Of a stretch of 64,000 nt of DNA, positions 28,014 through 38,058 are shown piece after piece (the stretch's first letter is position 1; every line of letters starts with the position of its first letter). The notes below the pieces were generated by a model. That model worked only from the letters and a program-made list of their open reading frames with translations, was not told where the DNA came from and made no database searches. This DNA comes from Pseudomonas phage PhiPA3. The translations under genes and the position numbers were made by a program. Location of the stretch: the sequence record HQ630627.1, one strand, 5' to 3'.

Positions 28014-30494
28014 ATGGTCTACGCCATTCCAGATAAAGCCGCAGGGAAATATGCATCGGCTCAAACGGTAAACTGGACGTTCGCCGCTGGCGTGGTAGGT
28101 TATACTTGGAACACCGGGGATACTCCCCCGGTGATTTCCGAGTATATTGCCTACGATAACCAGACTCCTCAGAATCCTTTCATTGCTGTTACTCAAGATG
28201 GTAGCGGTAAAGTGGTTTACGATGGCGGTTTCCCTAAGTGGTTAAACAATCAGTTAGGGTCAACTACAACCACTACACCGTTTGCTAATTTGACGATTGG
28301 TCAGAAATACTTCGTTAACGCGTTGAACTTCATCGCTAGTCCTGATCGACCTAAGAAAGTTCTATTCTTAGGAGATCGCCTGTTTACTAACAGTGGTGGA
28401 AGTTACCAGATTAAAGAAACGGCTCCTGGTGGATTCAAGACTTTCATTGAGACGCTTTCCGCCGTTGCTGGCTATATCCCCACTATCAAAGATTCGGGCG
28501 ATTATGGTGGTTCATCGCTTAATCCAACTTTAGTTGAGATGGACCAATACGCCGCCGTTGTGTTGGTAGCTACAGACACAACTAAAGTAGCTGGATGGTT
28601 CACTGCGAATGCTCTGTTAGATATCCAGACATATCGCCGTAATGGTGGTGGTATATTCATCATTACCGATGATGGTCCGGAGATTTCCGACATTGCTAAC
28701 GCATCACCGACTCCAACAAACGCTTTCTTCTGTACAGCCAACCAACTGGCGGTAAAGTTTAATTGCTGGTTCTCTGGTAATTACAACCGCACGCCTATCC
28801 TGGTCAGTGAACTAAAAGCTAATTACGGTGATCATCCGTTATGGCAGGGTATGGCCGATACAGATATGTTTCCAGCCGGTGGTTCAGAGTCACGTGTTTA
28901 CGTAAACTCGGTAGCACTGTCAGCTCCGTCTGCATTGGCTACGCCTATCGCCAGTTCAGCATTGACCAAAGTTAACTTCTTGGTAAAGTTGGCAGATGGA
29001 TCATTCCACACGGAGACATATGGCTATACCACAAATGGATCGGACATTGTCCAATACCTTAACCGAGCAGCCAACAACGTCGTGGTTACCGCCCTGGATA
29101 CGGGCGTAAACAATAGCGCGGCCCTAGACTTTAACATCACACATACCACATCAGGTACGTTGGTGGCGTATATTCGACGCTACAAAATTGATAGTCAGTC
29201 TGTAGTGAATGTGGGTGAGGTTCGATACGTTCCTGGACAAGGGACAGTAACATCCTGGTATGCCTATAATGGCATCGTTCCCGTTCGAAATGGTGATAAG
29301 ATCTATGTTGATTTTATCGCGCCGTTCGAATACCACTCGGAATTGCCCGTAACACGTTACATGCCTCCAATGCATGGTATCGTTAAGACACTAGCTGATG
29401 CAGCGAAATGGATTCGTCCACGCTATTCGACTGGTTCGTTAATATCGGTTATCCGTAGGGCTGTAGAAGAAGCCGCTGGTCAACACCCAGCTATGGGGAT
29501 GGATCAGTGGACAGGCACTGCTCAACATGTAATGGGTTTGGCCAATTTCTATGCTGATCTATTGGATCGTCCACGCACTCAGGCAGTAGCCTATTCGACA
29601 ACCGCAGCTATTACAGCAGCATTGCCGACTCTGACGCCTCCTGATGCATCAGCCATCTTTAACAAATGGGCACGTTTTTCTAACAATGCCTATTATCCGG
29701 CTGGCACTACCCCAGAAGGGGATGCCGCATCTTGGACATGGGATGACACGACTAAGCAGGCAATTCAGACAGTAAATTCGGGGACGTATAACGGTTTCTT
29801 GTCTGATGAAACTCCTATGGTGTGGACGTTAGATGTAACTCTCCAGAGTAACAACATTGACGATGATTTCAATGGTATCGTGATCTGTTTTGATCGCGAT
29901 GAATCAGCGGGTATCAACCGTACATTAAGTGTTGTTGTTAACCGTGGAGCTATGGGTTTTGGTACCCTACCACATCCATGGCCTAACTTAATGTTACTAA
30001 CGGGTTTCGAACGTGGCAATCCAGCACATGCTGAATGGAAAGTCTTCGGACAAAGTTCAGTGGGTGATCCAACTGATACATCAGGATGGAATGGTTCTTA
30101 TAGACGTCTGTTCATTTCCCGTCGAGCAGATCAGATAACCGTACAGGCATCTGATTGGAACTCTACGGTACTCAATAATGTTCACACCCTAACACTGGAC
30201 CTGACATCTGATCCCCTACTGGCTCGCTTTCGTGGACCTAAGAGGTACGGCTTGAGTAACCAAAGCCAACCTGATTCGTTTTTCAAGAACATCAACTATG
30301 TTGGTGAACTGCAACGAAATCTGGCATTGGACATGCAAGCGAACAAAGTTTACTTCTACACCAGTAATGGTTGGTTGTTATTGAACGGAGTACTCATCCA
30401 CGACCTCTATGGATGGCCTCGTACACTGGAATCTTCAGTGGATGGTTCTGTGTGGCACTTGAACCAAGATCGAACAATCACCCGCATTTCGTAA
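28014..30494 (+). CDS. Large virion protein, putative tail fibre/spike (826 aa)
   Basis: Long ORF, no catalytic motif recognised. Followed by a bidirectional terminator and convergent with the FN3 paralog array. Confidence 0.4.
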   Translation: MVYAIPDKAAGKYASAQTVNWTFAAGVVGYTWNTGDTPPVISEYIAYDNQTPQNPFIAVTQDGSGKVVYDGGFPKWLNNQLGSTTTTTPFANLTIGQKYFVNALNFIASPDRPKKVLFLGDRLFTNSGGSYQIKETAPGGFKTFIETLSAVAGYIPTIKDSGDYGGSSLNPTLVEMDQYAAVVLVATDTTKVAGWFTANALLDIQTYRRNGGGIFIITDDGPEISDIANASPTPTNAFFCTANQLAVKFNCWFSGNYNRTPILVSELKANYGDHPLWQGMADTDMFPAGGSESRVYVNSVALSAPSALATPIASSALTKVNFLVKLADGSFHTETYGYTTNGSDIVQYLNRAANNVVVTALDTGVNNSAALDFNITHTTSGTLVAYIRRYKIDSQSVVNVGEVRYVPGQGTVTSWYAYNGIVPVRNGDKIYVDFIAPFEYHSELPVTRYMPPMHGIVKTLADAAKWIRPRYSTGSLISVIRRAVEEAAGQHPAMGMDQWTGTAQHVMGLANFYADLLDRPRTQAVAYSTTAAITAALPTLTPPDASAIFNKWARFSNNAYYPAGTTPEGDAASWTWDDTTKQAIQTVNSGTYNGFLSDETPMVWTLDVTLQSNNIDDDFNGIVICFDRDESAGINRTLSVVVNRGAMGFGTLPHPWPNLMLLTGFERGNPAHAEWKVFGQSSVGDPTDTSGWNGSYRRLFISRRADQITVQASDWNSTVLNNVHTLTLDLTSDPLLARFRGPKRYGLSNQSQPDSFFKNINYVGELQRNLALDMQANKVYFYTSNGWLLLNGVLIHDLYGWPRTLESSVDGSVWHLNQDRTITRIS

Positions 30495-30502
30495 CGACAT
30501 AA

Positions 30503-30525
30503 GGCCCCTCCATTACGGAGGGGCT
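30503..30525. terminator. Bidirectional terminator between convergent genes (GCCCCTCC-ATTA-CGGAGGGGC)
   Basis: Perfect 8-bp stem between the stop of the 826-aa gene and the stop of the minus-strand paralog at 30535. Confidence 0.6.
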
Positions 30526-30534
30526 CTATGACAT

Positions 30535-31503
30535 TTAACGCACCAGTTCTAAGAACGGTAAATAACCGCGTGTAGTTCCGCCAGTTGCCGTCGTTGTAGA
30601 TGCTAACGTACCGAAGTTAGTAGTCGTTCCACGTTGAACAGCCTGACCATTCGACAACACAGCTCCAACTTGGAACGTCACACCAAACCCTGAGTTACGG
30701 TTATACGAAGTCGTAATGTCCTGACTGTTGTATTTGTCGCGCAACCACGAGTACACAAACGACGAACTCTGTACAGTGTACACTCGGTCGATCGTACTGG
30801 TAACTTGGTCACCAATAACGGCCATACCTGTTGCAGCATCCGTTAGGTCAGTGTAAACAATGCGATCACCCAAACTAGGTGCGTACACCTTGTAAACATT
30901 CGACCCGTTGGTGTAGGTCTTACCCTGGACAGTAGCCGTTAACGTACTGGTCACAGTGGACGGTAGATCACTGAAATAATCCCTTGCTTCAGGGAACATG
31001 ATACCGGCTTCGTAGGTAGCTTTCCAGTTCACCCCAGAGAAGAAGCTATGGTCTGGGATATAGATCGTCTTACCATTTACTTGGAACTTATGGCAGTTGA
31101 CCGGCAGGTTAGTACTATCGACGAAGTTACCAGTGGACAGAGCTAACTGACTACGGAAAGCGGTTCGATCTACGATACTGGTAAAAGCTACTGTACCAAA
31201 ATAACCATTCCAGAAATCGCCCAGGAGTGGCGTAGTTCCACCAGGGCCAGGATTGGTGTACTCGGCAATAGCAAAACTACGACGCATCGCTGCTACCGTG
31301 CGGCTATCAGGCAACACGTTGACGATGTAATAATGGTAAACGGTGTCCTTTACAGCTGTCGTGTCATCCCATGTTGTGGTGCCTGCTGCTAGGGTAGCAA
31401 TGGGAGGTTCCACCACTTCTGTAATAGAATTCACTCTGACAGAACCACGGTAGATTTTGATGCTTGACACGGTCCCGAAACTACTAAGATTGAGTCTAAT
31501 CAT
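30535..31503 (-). CDS. FN3-like domain paralog 4 (322 aa), putative fibre/receptor-binding or decoration protein
   Basis: Shares YxYxV (FN3-like), NPGPGGTTPLLGDFWNGYFG, HKFQVNGKTIYIPD, AGIMF and a C-terminal GYLPFLELVR with three neighbours. Confidence 0.5.
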   Translation of the reverse strand: MIRLNLSSFGTVSSIKIYRGSVRVNSITEVVEPPIATLAAGTTTWDDTTAVKDTVYHYYIVNVLPDSRTVAAMRRSFAIAEYTNPGPGGTTPLLGDFWNGYFGTVAFTSIVDRTAFRSQLALSTGNFVDSTNLPVNCHKFQVNGKTIYIPDHSFFSGVNWKATYEAGIMFPEARDYFSDLPSTVTSTLTATVQGKTYTNGSNVYKVYAPSLGDRIVYTDLTDAATGMAVIGDQVTSTIDRVYTVQSSSFVYSWLRDKYNSQDITTSYNRNSGFGVTFQVGAVLSNGQAVQRGTTTNFGTLASTTTATGGTTRGYLPFLELVR

Positions 31504-31511
31504 AACTCACC

Positions 31512-32474
31512 TCAGAAGTCGAGTTTCAGTACGGGAAGGAAGCTTGCCGATGTGTTAGCCGAGATAGCCACAGATACCATGTTTTGCATGTTACCAGTGC
31601 TGCTGCGAACGAAAGCTTGCGCAACGTCAGTACGGTAAGTAGCTAGGTGATAGCCAGTAATACCGCCAGAAGTGATATCAGCCGGCCAATCGTTAGAGTC
31701 CCAACGTACCTGACTCCACGACTGCGCTATGTTACCTGTCGCGCCGTACGCGTACAAGCGTTCGAAAGTACGGCTGATGAAATCCGTACCGTCTACAGCA
31801 GCTGTACCGCCGGCAGAGTTGTAAGCATCCGCTGGCATCCACGGGAGACAAACTCGGAACAGATGCCCCTTAATCTCCCACTGACGATATTGCTCAGATT
31901 TATTCGCTGTAGTCAACGCGGTTTGCATACCGGCATTCAAACGATCCCAGTTATCGCCGGGTGCATTAAACGCCATCCCCATTCGGTAGATATCTTGCCA
32001 ACTGGCGCGAATGAATCCTGCGGTGGGGATAAAGTAAATAACCCCATCGACGATAAACTTGTGCCATTCAAATTTGGTTGGTGCGTTAATCGAGATGGAA
32101 TTGATAGGTGTGTAATCCGCAATCTTCAACACCGAATACAATTCACCGACTGTAACAAAGTCAGTTGTCGACTTACCGAAGTAGCCGTACTTGTAATCAC
32201 CGAAGAGAATATTCTGACCACCGGGACCAGTATAAGGCATGAAAGATAGAACTTTCTGTTCGCTGAACGAACTACCATCAGGAGACAGACACTCGATGAT
32301 GTAATAGTACAGTTGATTACGGACAGCAGTGGTATCATCGTAGTTGCGAACAGCAGCGCCGACTGTTGCCAATGCCGCTGGTAGTGCCGTCACGTCCATG
32401 GGTGTGTTACTGCGGTACACTTTATAGCCGGTCGCATTGGGGGCCATACTAGCCCAAGATACTTTAGTACCCAT
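31512..32474 (-). CDS. FN3-like domain paralog 3 (320 aa)
   Basis: YTGPGGQNILFGDYKYGYFG, HKFIVDGVIYFIPTAG, MGMAFN, C-terminal FLPVLKLDF. Confidence 0.5.
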   Translation of the reverse strand: MGTKVSWASMAPNATGYKVYRSNTPMDVTALPAALATVGAAVRNYDDTTAVRNQLYYYIIECLSPDGSSFSEQKVLSFMPYTGPGGQNILFGDYKYGYFGKSTTDFVTVGELYSVLKIADYTPINSISINAPTKFEWHKFIVDGVIYFIPTAGFIRASWQDIYRMGMAFNAPGDNWDRLNAGMQTALTTANKSEQYRQWEIKGHLFRVCLPWMPADAYNSAGGTAAVDGTDFISRTFERLYAYGATGNIAQSWSQVRWDSNDWPADITSGGITGYHLATYRTDVAQAFVRSSTGNMQNMVSVAISANTSASFLPVLKLDF

Positions 32475-32476
32475 GA

Positions 32477-33466
32477 TTAGCTCCCAATGTTAACTACGTT
32501 AATCGGCACCATTTCAAGAATTGGGTACCAACCGGCCACAGTGGCGCTCGCGGCGCGGGCGTTTGGTTTACCTGCGGCACTAGCAGTTGACGTGAAGTCA
32601 CGGAAAACAACGTTGGTGCCATTGTACTCACGACAGATTACATAGTTTGTGCCGGTCGGCCATGTTAAGTTACCTTGTGCAATGTACGGCGCAATTCGTT
32701 CTAGAGAACGGTTGTTTGTGAAGTAGTTACTCAGCGGCATTATGAACATATCAACTGCTGAGTTAGTCAGACGAGAGTCAACGTTTGCCCAAGACCCGAA
32801 CGTGGAGTCAACCACATATCCAGCTGGGTCAGCATCGTGTGCAACAATGCCAGTAGGACAGGAAACGATAAACTCATAACCACGGATGGTGACACGTTTG
32901 TTCTGGGGTACTTCTGCGGCTGCACCCAGTGGAGTCGGCTTCACAGTGGGTACTTTATCGCCAAACATCAGCCCGGCGTTGTAAATAGTCAACCAGGTAA
33001 AGGTTGTTGTACTAGATACTCGGCGATCAGGGACATAAATCGTTTTCCCTTTATAGGAGAACTTATGCCATTTTTGCAAAGCGTCTGTATCAGCTGTCCA
33101 GGATTGGCCACACGCTGTAATAAGAGCAGCGTTACTGATGAAATCAAGTGGGTTAACGCTACCATAGTAACCGTAGTTTACGTTACCGAAGAGCAGTTTC
33201 TGGGGACCAGGACCGGTGAACGGCAACGCATCAAACGAGAAGACTTTACTCTTACTAACGTCGGTACCTTTTACGGATTCCCACATGTAGTAGTATTTCA
33301 GACCGAACGTGACGTTAGTGTCATCGTAAGTGGTTTCACCATTAGTAAAGGTAACGTATGGAGTACCGGGGTTACTACGATCGATGTTCGACGTACTACG
33401 GTACAGATTGACCGTGACGCCAGCCCCGTTCGGGTTGACCCATTTCAAATGGATTGTGTACGACAT
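32477..33466 (-). CDS. FN3-like domain paralog 2 (329 aa)
   Basis: LKYYYMWESV, FTGPGPQKLLFGNVNYGYYG, HKFSYKGKTIYVPD, AGLMFG, C-terminal WYPILEMVP. Confidence 0.5.
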   Translation of the reverse strand: MSYTIHLKWVNPNGAGVTVNLYRSTSNIDRSNPGTPYVTFTNGETTYDDTNVTFGLKYYYMWESVKGTDVSKSKVFSFDALPFTGPGPQKLLFGNVNYGYYGSVNPLDFISNAALITACGQSWTADTDALQKWHKFSYKGKTIYVPDRRVSSTTTFTWLTIYNAGLMFGDKVPTVKPTPLGAAAEVPQNKRVTIRGYEFIVSCPTGIVAHDADPAGYVVDSTFGSWANVDSRLTNSAVDMFIMPLSNYFTNNRSLERIAPYIAQGNLTWPTGTNYVICREYNGTNVVFRDFTSTASAAGKPNARAASATVAGWYPILEMVPINVVNIGS

Positions 33467-33477
33467 TAATCGTTACC

Positions 33478-34449
33478 TCAGACAAAAGTATAAGAATCTA
33501 CGATGGTACCGGCTAAAATGTCGGTACCACCACCGACTGTAGAATAGTCGATAAGTGTTTCAGTTGGCGGAGTAATATCGGTGAAGCCCATTACGTAAGC
33601 ATTATTAACGTTCCAGACATCAGTAAGACGTTGTGCAATAGCCTCACCAGTGTAGTCACCCCCAGTGATTTGAGATACCGTACCCTGAGAACCCTGCGGA
33701 AGTGCGTCCACTAATGTGATCGGTACGATCTTCAGATGGTCTTGTGGGATGACTTCCAGCACGGGACGCCAGTTGCCGTTAGCACTGGTAAAGCTGTATA
33801 GGCTACCTACGTACGGCAATGTACCGTTCATCTGGAACCATGGTGCTCCAGCTGACGCTGTTGCTGCTGCCATCCAAAGGATGCTACTTGCACCCAACTG
33901 AGCTGCCGTATAATTACCCCAAGACCCATCGCTAAGCTTAATGAAGATTTTATAAAGCTCAGTCAGATAAGACGTTGTAGAGTTAACTTCCGGTGTGAAC
34001 GGGTTAGCTGGGGCTGTGCCCAGACGCAGCCTAAACTGCCAGTTCTTCCCGTTATTATCTTGCATTGCGTAGATCTTATTCTGTGCAACACTGTACCCAG
34101 CCGGGACGTTTTGTCCAGTGCCATCATCGCCGAAGATAAGTCCTTTATCGTACAGCATTTTCCACGAGACTATGTTAGTCAAAAAACTCATGGGGGTGAA
34201 ACAAACCTTATTTTGATACATGTACTTAATCCACTGTACAGTATTAAAATTGGGGTTTATTTGCGATATCCAGTCTGCAATATCAGCTTGTTCAATAAAA
34301 GCGCTATCCTGATAAATGTCAGACCCATTAATTACCCCGAAAAAACCTAGGGTGGTATCGCCTTTAGCGAGCGTTGTCGGTCCAGGACCAGAGTACGGAA
34401 AGTCCAACGCACTCTTTTTTCCGACCGTACTTAACAGCAATTCAAACAT
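33478..34449 (-). CDS. Paralog 1 (323 aa), lacks the N-terminal FN3-like domain
   Basis: YSGPGPTTLAKGDTTLGFFG, KYMYQNKVCFTPMS, GLIFGDDG, C-terminal WRPVLEVIP. Confidence 0.5.
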   Translation of the reverse strand: MFELLLSTVGKKSALDFPYSGPGPTTLAKGDTTLGFFGVINGSDIYQDSAFIEQADIADWISQINPNFNTVQWIKYMYQNKVCFTPMSFLTNIVSWKMLYDKGLIFGDDGTGQNVPAGYSVAQNKIYAMQDNNGKNWQFRLRLGTAPANPFTPEVNSTTSYLTELYKIFIKLSDGSWGNYTAAQLGASSILWMAAATASAGAPWFQMNGTLPYVGSLYSFTSANGNWRPVLEVIPQDHLKIVPITLVDALPQGSQGTVSQITGGDYTGEAIAQRLTDVWNVNNAYVMGFTDITPPTETLIDYSTVGGGTDILAGTIVDSYTFV

Positions 34450-34518
34450 TGCTTTTTCACCTTCAGGTTGCTGTTAGGATTTATCTACTCAATAAATGAA
34501 TACTATACCATTGGACCA

Positions 34519-34552
34519 TTAAATTTTATTTCAAATCTATATTACGTCTTTG
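34519..34552 (+). promoter_or_regulatory. Promoter-like motif copy 2 (TTAAATTTTATTTCAAATCTATATTACGTCTTTG)
   Basis: 34/34 identical to the copy at 53271-53304. Lies in the divergent intergenic region 29 bp upstream of the 34581 gene. Confidence 0.55.
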
Positions 34553-34580
34553 GAGTGCGCGCCAAAGTTAGGAGTTTATA

Positions 34581-35408
34581 ATGTCGTCTGAAGTCCAACC
34601 GAACATTCTCGGTGCACGATATACCCATTGTTTTATTCGTATTACTGGGGACCTGGAAGGAGCACGTTCTTTCTTCTACATTGAGGACGTTGATGGCTTA
34701 GGTTTACGGAAAACTGAAGAGCAACAAGAAGCTAAAGTCTTCCGCAATGATTTCGTGGATACTCTGTGGCTACCTTTGATTAAGAAACACCTGATGGCCA
34801 GCTACGATCGTACTAAAGGTAATCACATCTGGAGTATTCACGTCGTACCTCTGGTAGTTGTTGAAACTGATACTCGCCATTTCCACCTAGAAGTAAACGC
34901 TGATGAATCGGCTGAGTACGTGACTCCAGAAACCGAGATTGATCCGAACAAACTCGTTGTTGCCGAAACGTTCTCTAATGAACATCTCAATGAACTGACG
35001 GTTGAAGGTGAACTCAAACCACTGGATCCAGAATTGCTGTACAGCAATAGCTCGTTCATTGAAAAGAGTATCCGTAGTGTTGCGCAAGTTCCTCCACCTG
35101 ATGCGTTTGAAACCTACGAAGAACATTCAGCTTATGACGTGATCCAAGCATTGCGCCGAGTAGGCGAGTTGTCTAAAGTACAATCAATCACCGGTTCTCA
35201 TCAGCATACCTTCCACATGGAAACCAATGATGAAGGTAGCTTTGTTATTCACAAAGTCAGTATCCCTGGCATTGTATCGCCGACTGAATGGGGCGACCTA
35301 ATCGAGAAAGCAAAAGCATCCGGTTGGTATAACCTGTCTGCCGAGCAGTATGGTAAAGGTTCCGCGACTTACCAGGTTCTAAATCTCTGGCGAAAGCTGG
35401 ACATCTGA
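34581..35408 (+). CDS. Hypothetical protein (275 aa)
   Basis: SD TAGGAG. First gene after the promoter-like motif. Confidence 0.55.
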   Translation: MSSEVQPNILGARYTHCFIRITGDLEGARSFFYIEDVDGLGLRKTEEQQEAKVFRNDFVDTLWLPLIKKHLMASYDRTKGNHIWSIHVVPLVVVETDTRHFHLEVNADESAEYVTPETEIDPNKLVVAETFSNEHLNELTVEGELKPLDPELLYSNSSFIEKSIRSVAQVPPPDAFETYEEHSAYDVIQALRRVGELSKVQSITGSHQHTFHMETNDEGSFVIHKVSIPGIVSPTEWGDLIEKAKASGWYNLSAEQYGKGSATYQVLNLWRKLDI

Positions 35409-35443
35409 CAGATCGTATGTAACTAACCCATTGAGGCATTATA

Positions 35444-35815
35444 ATGGCTTTCCCGACGTACGAATCTCTGCTAGATATCATTCAAGCAGATCAACCTGAT
35501 TACGCTACCATGCTTGCTGCTTTGCAAGCTGACATGGCAGACAATGACAAGGTGCTGGCCGGCTATCGCGTCCTCACCAAAGGCAACAAAGCGAGCCACG
35601 GTTTTGCTTTTCATGTCAAGGGCTGGTTCAGTGCCGCTGACTTGAAACAACTCAAAACCGATGTAGAAGCCGGTGGCGATATGACGATCTTTGAAACTAC
35701 GGCGTTCCAATGTCCAATGCCGCCCAACAGTGCTACGTTACCGCTGGCAGCTGAGGACAGTGTAGGTTATTCAACTACCCGCTGGACTCGTGTGATCCTG
35801 ACTGCCAAAGAGTGA
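35444..35815 (+). CDS. Hypothetical protein (123 aa)
   Basis: ORF followed by a terminator. Confidence 0.5.
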   Translation: MAFPTYESLLDIIQADQPDYATMLAALQADMADNDKVLAGYRVLTKGNKASHGFAFHVKGWFSAADLKQLKTDVEAGGDMTIFETTAFQCPMPPNSATLPLAAEDSVGYSTTRWTRVILTAKE

Positions 35816-35821
35816 TAAAAC

Positions 35822-35850
35822 GCCTCCCTTCGGGGAGGCCTTTATTTCGC
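35822..35850 (+). terminator. Intrinsic terminator GCCTCCC-TTCG-GGGAGGC + CTTTATTTCG
   Basis: Perfect stem with UUCG loop and a T-rich tail. Confidence 0.7.
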
Positions 35851-35860
35851 AAGGAAGATT

Positions 35861-36307
35861 ATGACTTGGGATAAAGAGTTCCTGAACACCATGAGTAAGG
35901 AAGAAGCTTTCCGACTCTTGGATGCTCAAGGTAAGTTCCGCAAGGATTTACAAAAGAGCCGTTATTGGATGCTTGATGAATCCACCGGGGAGTACGGTTG
36001 GTTCTGGGACATTCAAGGCGTTAAACCAAGGATCGTGGCGGCCTGTAACCGTTGGAAGGATGTGTATTTCATCGCCTCTCGTCATTCCTCCGACGTGATG
36101 ACCACACAGCAACTGTTATACGGCGGTATCCACGTTCTCCATGAATACGCAGGAGAAGATCACGATCAAGGTTTCATCGACCAGTTCGATGTATTCCACA
36201 CTCGTGAACAGGCTGCAATCATCGCTAAGGAAAACGGACAACTGTTCCGTGCCGATCGTGATGATCGCCACGTGGGTAATAATCTCTTCTCCGAAGATCT
36301 CTACTAG
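35861..36307 (+). CDS. Hypothetical protein (148 aa)
   Basis: SD AAGGAAG. Confidence 0.5.
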   Translation: MTWDKEFLNTMSKEEAFRLLDAQGKFRKDLQKSRYWMLDESTGEYGWFWDIQGVKPRIVAACNRWKDVYFIASRHSSDVMTTQQLLYGGIHVLHEYAGEDHDQGFIDQFDVFHTREQAAIIAKENGQLFRADRDDRHVGNNLFSEDLY

Positions 36308-36471
36308 GTAAATCCATGACCATCAACAACAAACGACCATCTCATTTCCGAGCTGACATTATTTTCCATGGGATCAACCTGATCCTAGAGAAATGTGCAG
36401 ATCTCTGCGATCGGTAGTAAACCCGGTCAGATGTTCGTACACCTGCAAAAGACAAGCGTAACGAGTTCCAA

Positions 36472-36747
36472 GTGATCCATACCAATTCCCCCATCCTCCT
36501 TAACCTACAGGACCAAGGACGAATTGTGCTGGAGTTCGATCGGACGAATCCCGATTGCCCTCTGTTGAAATACCCTGACGATGACATGGTTATCCTGGCC
36601 ATCGTTAAGGCTGCAAAGATTCACGTTGATAAACCGTTCATGTTCCTCGATCAACTCGAAGAAGAATTCGGCTACCGACTCAACTGGAGCTCTGGATTGT
36701 TCGATGAGACCAAGGACATCACCAGTATCGAACTGCGGAAACACTAA
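36472..36747 (+). CDS. Hypothetical protein (91 aa, GTG start)
   Basis: ORF only; weak start context. Confidence 0.3.
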   Translation: MIHTNSPILLNLQDQGRIVLEFDRTNPDCPLLKYPDDDMVILAIVKAAKIHVDKPFMFLDQLEEEFGYRLNWSSGLFDETKDITSIELRKH

Positions 36748-36778
36748 TTTCGCTGATATCAGCAACTAGGATATTCCA

Positions 36779-37171
36779 ATGCAGATTAACACTCCCGCTG
36801 AAGTTTACAACCTGATCAAATTCGCCAAGGCTAATCCAACTATTACTGAAGAAGACTATTATCTGAAACGGTCATTGATGTTGGCTGTCGAAGAAGCTCT
36901 CAGTAATCCAGCTACAGTGGAGCGCTGTCAGTTCACCAAGGATCATTGGGGGCACTCGGGCATTGGCGTTGAACTAGAGTTCACGATCAGTCGACATTAC
37001 ATTCAACCAGAAGCGGTTGATATGATCAAACAGGCACTGCGTGACAGTGGTTGGCCTTATGTTGACCTCACCCAGATCAAACGGTTTGACATGAATAACG
37101 GTCCATCTAAGTACACTGTCAAGATCACTCTGGCTAATAAGCCGCTGGAGAACAATGGAACAGTATCCTGA
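36779..37171 (+). CDS. Hypothetical protein (130 aa)
   Basis: TAGGATATTCCAATG initiation context. Confidence 0.5.
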   Translation: MQINTPAEVYNLIKFAKANPTITEEDYYLKRSLMLAVEEALSNPATVERCQFTKDHWGHSGIGVELEFTISRHYIQPEAVDMIKQALRDSGWPYVDLTQIKRFDMNNGPSKYTVKITLANKPLENNGTVS

Positions 37172-37340
37172 TATCGATGAGTGGAATAATCCCGATTGGG
37201 AAGCTGGTGGTCGGATCCACAACTGGCGGCGTTACGCCGGGCAGGATCTTCGTTTGGTGTGGAATACGTTCTCACTGGACCAGAAACAAGCCATCTACAA
37301 AACACTCGATGAAGTAGCTGGTAACGAACACTGGGATTAA
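37155..37340 (+). CDS. Hypothetical small protein (61 aa)
   Basis: SD GGAGAACA-ATG; overlaps the upstream 3' end. Confidence 0.4.
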   Translation: MEQYPDIDEWNNPDWEAGGRIHNWRRYAGQDLRLVWNTFSLDQKQAIYKTLDEVAGNEHWD

Positions 37341-37411
37341 GGAGTCTAGCATGCCAGTCTATGAACAGGTCTATACGCGATTTAGTAGATAGTGCCAAAG
37401 GAGGCAATCTC

Positions 37412-37573
37412 ATGTCGCGTAGTTCCCATTCAAAACATCAGTGGTCCAAAGAATTTTGGTCCCGTCGTCCAATGCGTTATTTCATCTCCTGTAAATGGGC
37501 TAAGGTGAAATGCCACCGGATCGAAAGGATGGAAGAGCGTAAACTCATCCATACCGAAATGCAACAGCTGTAA
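37412..37573 (+). CDS. Small basic Cys/His-containing protein (53 aa)
   Basis: Strong SD AAAGGAGG 7 nt before ATG 37412. The track ORF 37361.. is a 5'-extended version. Confidence 0.4.
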   Translation: MSRSSHSKHQWSKEFWSRRPMRYFISCKWAKVKCHRIERMEERKLIHTEMQQL

Positions 37574-37577
37574 AATA

Positions 37578-37607
37578 GTGGGAGGCTTCGGCCTCCCACT
37601 TATTCCA
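37578..37607 (+). terminator. Intrinsic terminator GTGGGAGGC-TTCG-GCCTCCCAC + TTATTCC
   Basis: 9-bp perfect stem with UUCG loop. Confidence 0.7.
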
Positions 37608-37623
37608 TCTCAAGGTGAATACA

Positions 37624-38058
37624 ATGGCTATCCCAAGTCCACAACAGGTATACCAACACGATAAACTGTTGGATCGTCAGTACCAACAGGTAGAAGATTA
37701 CCTCGTTGAATTCATGCACGATGATAAAAGAATGAATGAGGTTCTCCACAGGAACACCAGTTATCGTCATGGTCAGGAAGTGGTGTACAGCATCCCAGTT
37801 CCAATGAGCCGCTTCCCTTTCATGGACGAGATCTATGGCGCTCGTTTAGTGAAAGCATTCAAGGTTGCCGGCTGGAACGCCGAGTATAAGGCCGTCGATA
37901 TGGAATCGACAATGCGACTGGCATCGGCAGGCAATGCTGTAATTGAAGGCGACTCCTATTTCCACATCTATCGTCCTAAGGAATCTCTGAGTGAAGAACT
38001 CCTGGTCCGACTCTTCAATGAACACTCACCCATCGTTGTTTGTGCGCCTCATCGATAA
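37624..38058 (+). CDS. Hypothetical protein (144 aa)
   Basis: SD AAGGTGAATACA-ATG. Confidence 0.5.
   Translation: MAIPSPQQVYQHDKLLDRQYQQVEDYLVEFMHDDKRMNEVLHRNTSYRHGQEVVYSIPVPMSRFPFMDEIYGARLVKAFKVAGWNAEYKAVDMESTMRLASAGNAVIEGDSYFHIYRPKESLSEELLVRLFNEHSPIVVCAPHR

Noticed and set aside
27620-30494. Possible relationship between the 826-aa protein and the FN3 paralog family
   Set aside because: I looked for the shared GPGP...GYFG, HKF..G..IY.P and C-terminal P.LEL motifs in the 826-aa protein. They are not present, so it is not treated as a family member.
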